64,000 nucleotides of DNA from the human T2T-CHM13v2.0 reference genome, Homo sapiens. The stretch lies in the NCBI RefSeq assembly GCF_009914755.1, contig NC_060926.1; one strand, written 5' to 3'. Below, piece after piece: positions 56,442 to 64,000 of the stretch; positions within the stretch are counted from its first letter, which is position 1, and the number at the start of each line of letters is the position of its first letter. Below the pieces are notes generated by a model. That model was not told the DNA's origin. It ran no database searches and worked only from the letters and a program-made list of their open reading frames with translations. A program made the position numbers and the translations under genes.

Positions 56442-56944
56442 GTCTTTGTCAAATTTGTTTTTCAACCTTTGGATAACAAAAGTTTTTCAAATATGGTGGT
56501 GAAGGTATTCTTACTACTTAACAAAGACAATATGTACAGAAGAATACTTTGGGAGAATTTTTGGTAATACTCTAGAGTTGGTTAGTGGCCTCTTTGTTAT
56601 CTTGGGCAAATAATTTAACTCTTTTATGCCAAATTCAATGAGAATAGGTGAAGCATTGGGACATTTTCTCCCTCACCAGCTACGCATGTAGTACATTAAC
56701 TTTCTTTTTTAAAAAAATAATTTGTAGGTTAAAATTGATATTCAATAATGAGATTTTAAAAAATAGTGTGCATATAAAAACTTCTATTTGTTAAATACAA
56801 TATGCAATCGAAATAGAAAATTTATGAACCAGAAGAGCTTAATTTTCTATAGTATCTTGATTCTACATGACTTTAAGGGAAAAAAATTATATAGAATACA
56901 AAGGGAAAGCTTTGAGTCATCTATATAGGTTTCTGATAAGGGAA

Positions 56945-57284
56945 TCAGTCTATCCCTTATCCAAAATGCTTAGATAAGAAGTGTTTCAGATTTTGGATTT
57001 TATCAAGTTTTGAAATGTTTTCACATATCTAATGAGATGTCTTAGGGATAAGGCCCAAGTCTAAACACAACATTTATTTAGTTTTCATATGCAACTTGTA
57101 CAAATAACCTGAAGGAAATTTGATATAATATTTATAATAATTTTTGCGCAAAACAAAGTTGTGACTTAGTTTTGATTATGACCCATCACATGAGGTCAGA
57201 TGTGAAATTTTCCACTTGTGAGGGCAAATTTCAGATTTTGGGTCATTTTAGAATTAAATTTTCAGATTATGGTTGCTCAGCCTG
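56945..57284. mobile_element. Tigger4b (Zombi)-like DNA transposon
   Basis: tatcccttatccaaaatgctt..agaagtgtttcagattttgg ... cagattatggttgctcagcctg. Confidence 0.8.
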
Positions 57285-59544
57285 TGTATACATAGGACGC
57301 CTATATTTGACATTCACATGTAATTAATTGTATGGCCAATTGAGGTCAGTTAATTTAATGGAAAAAGATGTTTGATTCTTTCATTTAATTGACCAAAATA
57401 AAATATTTAAATTTAAACTGAACAGCAAATATCATATATTAAGTTCTTCACCACCTATGCATGTGGTATAGTCACACAGTTGTGAATATATTACTTAGAA
57501 TATACATGTTCTTGCATCTTCAGGATCACCTAGCAAGATGTGAGCCAGTCTCATACAAAATCTATTCCATTCAGAATATCCATTAAAATGAGTAATCATA
57601 TTTGACATAAATAGCTTCCACTCTGGTTTACCATCAGACTACAAACAAATAGTGTAAATAATATATGAAACAATGATGCAAATCACCAAGAAGATGTAGC
57701 TCCCAATGAGAAATAGGGATTCCCTAGTTTCTTATAAGGATGCCTCCCAAGTTTTGTAATCAGTATGGTTTATGTAGAATGAAGATCTTGGCAGATCCAA
57801 AGAACTAGCTCATTAGTTTCTGTAATTCAGGCTGGATGAAGGCCATGCCAATACACAAAAGTTTACCTACTACATTTAAAGCAAGTCCTTCCTGTGCGGC
57901 ATGAGTTTCCCTTCTTATGGTGTCACTGAGCCAACAGAAGCTCTGGCTGTGAGCTCCTACCCAGAGCTTGTCACCAATTAGATGTTCCCTAAATTTTTGT
58001 TAAATTGACTCATCAGAATTTAGATAACTCATCACTTCGGGCATCACTTGGGGAGGATCAGGCTGATCTACTAGACTCCCATGATTACAGCAAACCTTGA
58101 TACTGTGGTTACTCTAATAGGAAGCAAGCAACTTGAAAATAACAAATGAAATGTTTTATTGTAATATGGAATAATCTCCTTATTTCTCCTTTGCTTTCCA
58201 CAGTCCATCCCAAGACTGTAGCTAAAAGAGTATTACCTTGCTCATACTTGTCAGGCTTTAAATAGAAGTACTACTTTATATTCCTTGAAATTAGATGTCA
58301 TATTGGTTTTATTTCCAAAGACTAAGTTGTGACATCTTTGGTGGCCAGTTTTTCATTTTCCTCCTTCAATTCAAGTCACTAGAAAGTAAACCAGATAACA
58401 GCAAAAAACCCCACAAACTGCTGGAGAGCTATCTTGGAAACCTTTTGTTAACATCAGATATTCCTAGTTGGGTGTGCCAACAGCATTGTTTATAGGGTGA
58501 CTATTTGTGTTTTACAGAGAGATTAGGCAAGATTTAGCAGCTCACCAGTGTAAATCCATCATACTGACTACATTAAGACCCAAGAAATAAATGTAATATA
58601 TTTCTTTCATATAGCCAACAAGTTCTCCAGCCATTTAACAGGACATCAGTTTTAATAAAATATTAGCCATGCTAGCAAAACCAAATGTAATTTGTGGTGG
58701 CTTATTAAAACTAAAATCCCTAGCATGTTAATATCACAGCTAAAATCACTAACCTGAAATAATATGATTCAAAGAGATTTGGATGTCCACCACTCTTCTC
58801 TGAATCCCAATGATATGTAGCTTCTATAACTGAAATAAAACAAGGAAGAGTCACCACAGTTGTTCAGGAGCAGCTCAATAACACAATTAGTGCAGCTTTG
58901 TTTTTGAATATTATATAATAAGTTGGAGAGGCTAAGTGATATTTTCCATAGACTTCAGCATTTGTTCAATAACTTACGAAAATTCTATTTGGTCTCACTA
59001 AGTGAAATAGAAGAAAAATATTTTTACCTTCAAATTTTAGCTTTGTTTACCCTTTCAATTGTCAAGATCAAGTCTGTATTTCTGGCTCCCATTTCAAATT
59101 ACTCAAGTTTATATCTACTATAAAGAAACAATAGCCCATTTGTATATGAAGCACCTTTTTGCAGGCTGTTGTACATGGGCACGTTAGATCTGCTTTCCCA
59201 GCACAATAGCATTTTGAATATTTTACAGCTATTCCTGAGGTGAGTTCATTCACTGACATCTGTCTCAAAACAGTAAGCATTTTGTATTCACCTTGTCTGT
59301 GTGTTCTAAACTCACACATCTTTTATTTTTCCTTGAGGGAGATCATAAATGCAAAGATGTATAATTAGCCACCCCGTCTACCTGTTTTGTGGCAGTCATT
59401 CTTGTATGCGGCATTTTATTTGTAAAGAGCTTTAATGTGAACATTAACAACAATTTATGAAGCACTCCACTCAAAAACAGAATCTGGGATGGAGTACATA
59501 ATGATAAACAAAAACGGAACATGTGCCTGCAGACAGCTGTGAGT

Positions 59545-59546
<2 letters not shown>

Positions 59547-59577
<31 letters not shown>
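59547..59577. repeat. (CA)n microsatellite
   Basis: Direct reading of the sequence. Confidence 0.95.
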
Positions 59578-59580
<3 letters not shown>

Positions 59581-59889
59581 AAACTGGGAAATCTTCCTAG
59601 AAAAAGGTCAAGCAATAGTGAAGGGAAAGATGTGGTGAGAAGCGGGGGTGAAGCGAATAAAGAGGCAAAACAGATTTTAAATCCCCCACAATAGTGTACA
59701 GTAGTAAAAGGAAATTTGCTTGCCTCGGTTGCTTAGAAAAATATGTACAAAATGAAATTTAAGTTAATAGTGTTCTATGTCAGTCTTATACTATCAAATA
59801 TTTCTAATGTACCTAACTGGGTTTAAACAAGCCAATTTCATGAGTTTTGCCCTCAGGAGAATTACAACACCCCACTCAGCAATAGATGG

Positions 59890-60070
59890 AGTGGGAAGGT
59901 TGCTAGATTAGAAATCAGAAGCCTCAGATTCTAGTTTCAGGTTGAACGCTGACTAATTATGTGACTTCAGATATGTTCTTTAACCAAACTGTGTTTAGTT
60001 TCCTTCATCAAGCAGGAAGAAAATGTTTTGAGATTAAAATCATGTGAAAAGTATTTAAAATATATGAAAT
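59890..60070 (+). mobile_element. MIR
   Basis: tagaaatcagaagcctcagattctagtt..actaattatgtgactt..tagtttccttcatc. Confidence 0.55.
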
Positions 60071-61155
60071 ATAGCAAAAACTACAAATTACAAATGTAAA
60101 TATATAAAGCTATTTACAGGATATGTAGAATGTACAATTCCTTAAGTTAGAATTTTCATCATATCTTTGTGTGTGTTTGTGTATATAATATAATTAAAGT
60201 GTATGTAGGTCTTGCAATATTTACAATAGTTATAATTTAATATGGGTACAAACTGAATGTATTTTAACTGTGGAGTAATCATAAGAGAGGATAAGTGCAT
60301 TCCATTGCTATTTAATGTATCATTTAAGTCTATGATATACATTCTGAACAAGTTTTCTTTTTAATTTCATAAAATAGAGTTAGAATAGAAAAACCAAGCA
60401 AAATAATTTATCTTTTGTTTCTCACACAAAAGGTCAATGAAATTCAAGTTTAAGAGCAATATCAGTGAAGCAATAAGGTTATTAGTAAGTAAAAAGTAAG
60501 TACAAGTAACGAATAGTTGAAATAAAAAGAGAAAATTTATCACAAATAATTAGATCACATAGGATGAAAGCTCTTTTCTAGTCACACACGGGCAAAAACT
60601 GTGCCTTTTCAATTAAGTAAAGTTTTCCATCAGAGCAATAAAAACTCATTTTAAAAAATAGCAAAAAAAGTTAAAAACCTGATTTCACAAATCCTTATCT
60701 AACAAATCAGCATGTGGGTAAGGTGGCAGATTATGTATGCTTATTTTTGTGTGTTGGTGTACATATATGCATATATATAAGGTAGAATCATGGTGACAAT
60801 CTATGAGCAAAAAGAAAATAAAAATTTTTCTTTCTTCTATATTCCTCTGTACTCAAAAACTACAGGTGTAGGGGAAGCAATGCAAAAGAAAATAGATTCA
60901 AACTATTTGTATGGCAGTTTATGACTGAGTTCTAATTCTAAGGTGAATGATAATGATGGCTAGATGTCTAGTAAGTATAACATTGTCTGTAACAATATGG
61001 CTATAACACATTTAGTGTCAAAGTCATTATTTTTTATCGATGAGATAAAACACTTCCTAGAGGTGGGTAGGCCTGTGGTAACATACTGTGTATCCATGTT
61101 GATCAAATTTGCCATCTGGAACAGCTTATATAATCAAATAATGCTTTTGACACTG

Positions 61156-61261
61156 GGAAGGAAGGAAAGAAGGAAGAAAGGGAGGAAGGAAGGAAGGAAG
61201 GGAGGGAGGGAGGGAGAGAGGGAGGGAAATGGAATCAAGGGAGGGTGGGAGGGAAGGAGAG
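61156..61261. repeat. (GGAA)/(GGGA) purine tract
   Basis: Direct reading of the sequence. Confidence 0.9.
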
Positions 61262-62529
61262 TTAAAAACAGTATGTTGTACATTTTTAAAAGAGTTTCTG
61301 GTAATTTATGGCTAATTATAGTAAGTGAACAAATATTTTAATGTCAGCTCAGAGATTCATGACCTCATTAAGACCCTTAGTGATCCTAAATTATGTTTTC
61401 TGATACAATCAATTTACTATAGTAAAATCTAAGTCATCTAGCTACTTTTATGCTTGGCTTCTATCAAGCAGAGACAAATATAAGAAAAAAATGAGTCCCA
61501 GAAGCCTAATATTAAAAACAATTCTCTAAATATTTCCTTTGGGCCAGTAAATATTCATTTCAGTGAGTTCTACCTCATTATTCATTCTTCATGAGAATGT
61601 AGATCCCTGAAGCATTTTAGGAATCTGTGTTAGCAAGGAAAGTCTCAGGTTGCTTTGCTTCTTAAGACAGAAAAATGTACAAGAACATATTTACAACAAT
61701 TTGGAGATTTTTTTTTTGCAAAGTCAAGGCCAAGAAAAAAAATCCAAGTGAAACAGAACAGCTCAATTCTGCAGCATGTCAGTCAATCAAATTTTTATTA
61801 AGCCTAAGAGATATAACATCCTCTAGGAAAGGACCCCGTCTGTACCCTTTGACATATATAATGTGGTTTCACGTTTTAAAGCATTCACTATTATTTTAGT
61901 ATTACAATATTTTATTTATAGTTTCAATACCATAAACAGAATTTGTTCTGAATCAAAAACTTCTTAAGAATAATTTCACTCTATGTGGACAGCTATTTCA
62001 TGAATCTCCTAAGCTATAATGGGAATATTTAATATTCTACTTTAATAATAATGATTAATTTACCTGATCAAGGCGTACTATTTTTCAGATATCAAGAATA
62101 ATATTCTTTAAGTTTGGTCTCAATACTTGAATGCTGTGAAGTCACACAGGCAGCGTGTTGCATACTTTAGAGACAAAGAATTCACTTCTCTTTTGCTACA
62201 AAATCCCATCCTACTGCTGGTTGCTAGTGTGTTTTGGTGGTTGTGTCTTGTTTTCCCCTCCACTTCTGACTTGCTGCTCTTTAAGTTTGGGTTGCCAGAA
62301 GAGACAGGTGGTGCATGAAGTTTACTTAAAACAGTGCCAATTTTAGCTCTGCAGCAAACATGGGTCAAATCAAGTGGAAACTGATGTTAGGATGGGAGAG
62401 AAGTTGAGAGTTAGAAATGGGCATGATCTTTTTCATCCTTTGGATGCATTTTTAACATTTTCTCTTGTTGTGAGTGGATAATCAATGGGGACTTCTGAAA
62501 TTTAGATTAACAAATTGTATTATGGATAT

Positions 62530-62714
62530 ACTGTGTACCAGATACTGCAATACAATATCTCATTTAGTCTTTGTAACATTTCTATGTGGTAGCTAATATT
62601 GTATACATTTTACAAATAAGGTATTCAAGGCTTACAGTAGTAAGCTGACCTATCCAAAATTGCATGTAGCTAAAAAACGACAAAGCTCAAGTATAAATAG
62701 AACTGTAGTTACAT
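62530..62714 (-). mobile_element. MIR (interrupted by MER20)
   Basis: tactgtgtaccagatactg..atctcatttagtctt..cattttacaaataagg. Confidence 0.6.
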
Positions 62715-62935
62715 CAGCAGTTGTCAACTAGGGGCAATTCTGCCCTCCAGGGGGGCATTTGCTAATGTACAGAGGAGACATTTTTGGTTTTCACAACTGG
62801 GAAAAGGACAATATTGGCATCTGGTTTGTAGAGGCCTGGGATACTACTCAGTATCCTGCAACATACAGGACAAACCCCCAAACAAATAGCTGTTTAGCTC
62901 TAAGTTTCCATGGTACTGAGTTTGACAAACTCCAA
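62715..62935 (+). mobile_element. MER20
   Basis: gttgtcaactaggggcaattctgccctccagggg..gagacatttttggttttcacaactgg..tggcatctggtttgtagaggcc. Confidence 0.8.
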
Positions 62936-63354
62936 AACAGAGGTATTTGAACACTAAGCTCAATTTTTTTCTTATCACAACATTACTTTTTCTCTGAGGC
63001 TACTAATAATCCATCAAAGCAATAATGTGGAACACAGTTCTTGAGATACTGTGTAAGATACATTAAGAGGGATGGCTTGACCTGGGACTCAAAACAGAAA
63101 CTGCACAATGGAAAAATGTTACGTTATCATTTATGCATTTTTTAAGTGACCAGCCAGCTGTCTTTGGATAGACGGAGTTGAGCAGTTCAGATTCAACCCT
63201 TGCTTTCAAGTGAGAAGATAACCCATATGTGTGCATGTATGTATACGTATGTATATATGTATACATATCTAAATATATATATAGAGAGATATATATAAGA
63301 AAAATAACTATATGGGTAACATATGCTGAGTGCATGTGTGGAGTAGGTAATAAA

Positions 63355-63550
63355 TAATAAATGCTAACATTTAATGAATACTTACCATGTGACAAATGTA
63401 CCTATGAGGTAGATATTACTGTCATCTGCAATTTAGAATTGAAGTTTAGAAAGCTTAAGTAACTTTTCCAAACATCCCATATTAAGATGTAGAACTGATA
63501 TAAACCCAGGTATCTGGCCCCAGAATTTGTGTTCTTAATGAGTATGTTAT
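63355..63550 (-). mobile_element. MIR
   Basis: gctaacatttaatgaatacttaccatgtg..ctatgaggtagatattact..ttaagtaactt. Confidence 0.7.
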
Positions 63551-63889
63551 ACCTACACTGCTACAGATGGCAACAGGAATTCATAGAAATTCTTCTATGA
63601 GAAGTCTACACTGACTCAAGATGGCTTGTAGGAAAAGGAGACCTTAATATATTTAGAGGAGTGGGAAGGCACTTCAGAGAAATGAGAAAGGCTAGGAGAT
63701 AGGTGCTTGTTGCATTTGGGAGACACTAGCTAGAGTGGACACCATGTAGGAACATGGAGATATAACTGCAGAGAAATCAAAGGCATGAGGCACACATTCA
63801 CACCTTACTCCTACTTCAATGAAAAGTTAAGGTATCCTGGTGTAACCTACATTGTCTTCATGTCACTATACCTCAAAACTCAAAAGCAC

Positions 63890-64000
63890 AATTAGATAGA
63901 AGGAACACAATCTAGTGTTCGGTAGCACAATAGGGGCAAATTTAGCAAACAATAATTTATTATGTATTTCGAATTAACTAGAGGAGTGAAGTTAAAATGT
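63890..64000 (+). mobile_element. L1MA 3'UTR fragment (runs off the window)
   Basis: ttagatagaaggaa..tctagtgttcggtagcacaatagg..aacaataatttattatgtatttc. Confidence 0.75.

Overview
This is AT-rich primate (human-like) genomic DNA, judged from its AluY/AluS, L1PA, THE1 and LTR1 elements. I find no recognisable protein-coding gene, RNA gene or CpG island, so the window looks intergenic or deep intronic. About half of it is interspersed repeats. At 1-5.5 kb a decayed ERVL provirus is interrupted inside pol by a 2.3 kb two-LTR ERV1 mini-provirus. A nested L1 pile-up lies at 28.7-39.2 kb, and a 5'-truncated L1PA plus a THE1 LTR split an ancient CR1/L3 at 47-50 kb. Solo LTRs, Tigger/MER DNA transposons, MIR/L2 fragments and microsatellites are scattered throughout. 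The ORFs in the supplied track are repeat remnants or chance ORFs. The most unusual structures are a 1 kb near-perfect 34-bp AT-rich minisatellite resembling FRA16B-type repeats, an unexplained 67-bp inverted repeat pair at 55.9/56.4 kb, and fold-back scars at the same ORF2 motif in two different L1 copies. I did not find a convincing new biological system. Repeat family names come from recalled consensus sequences, and most boundaries are approximate.
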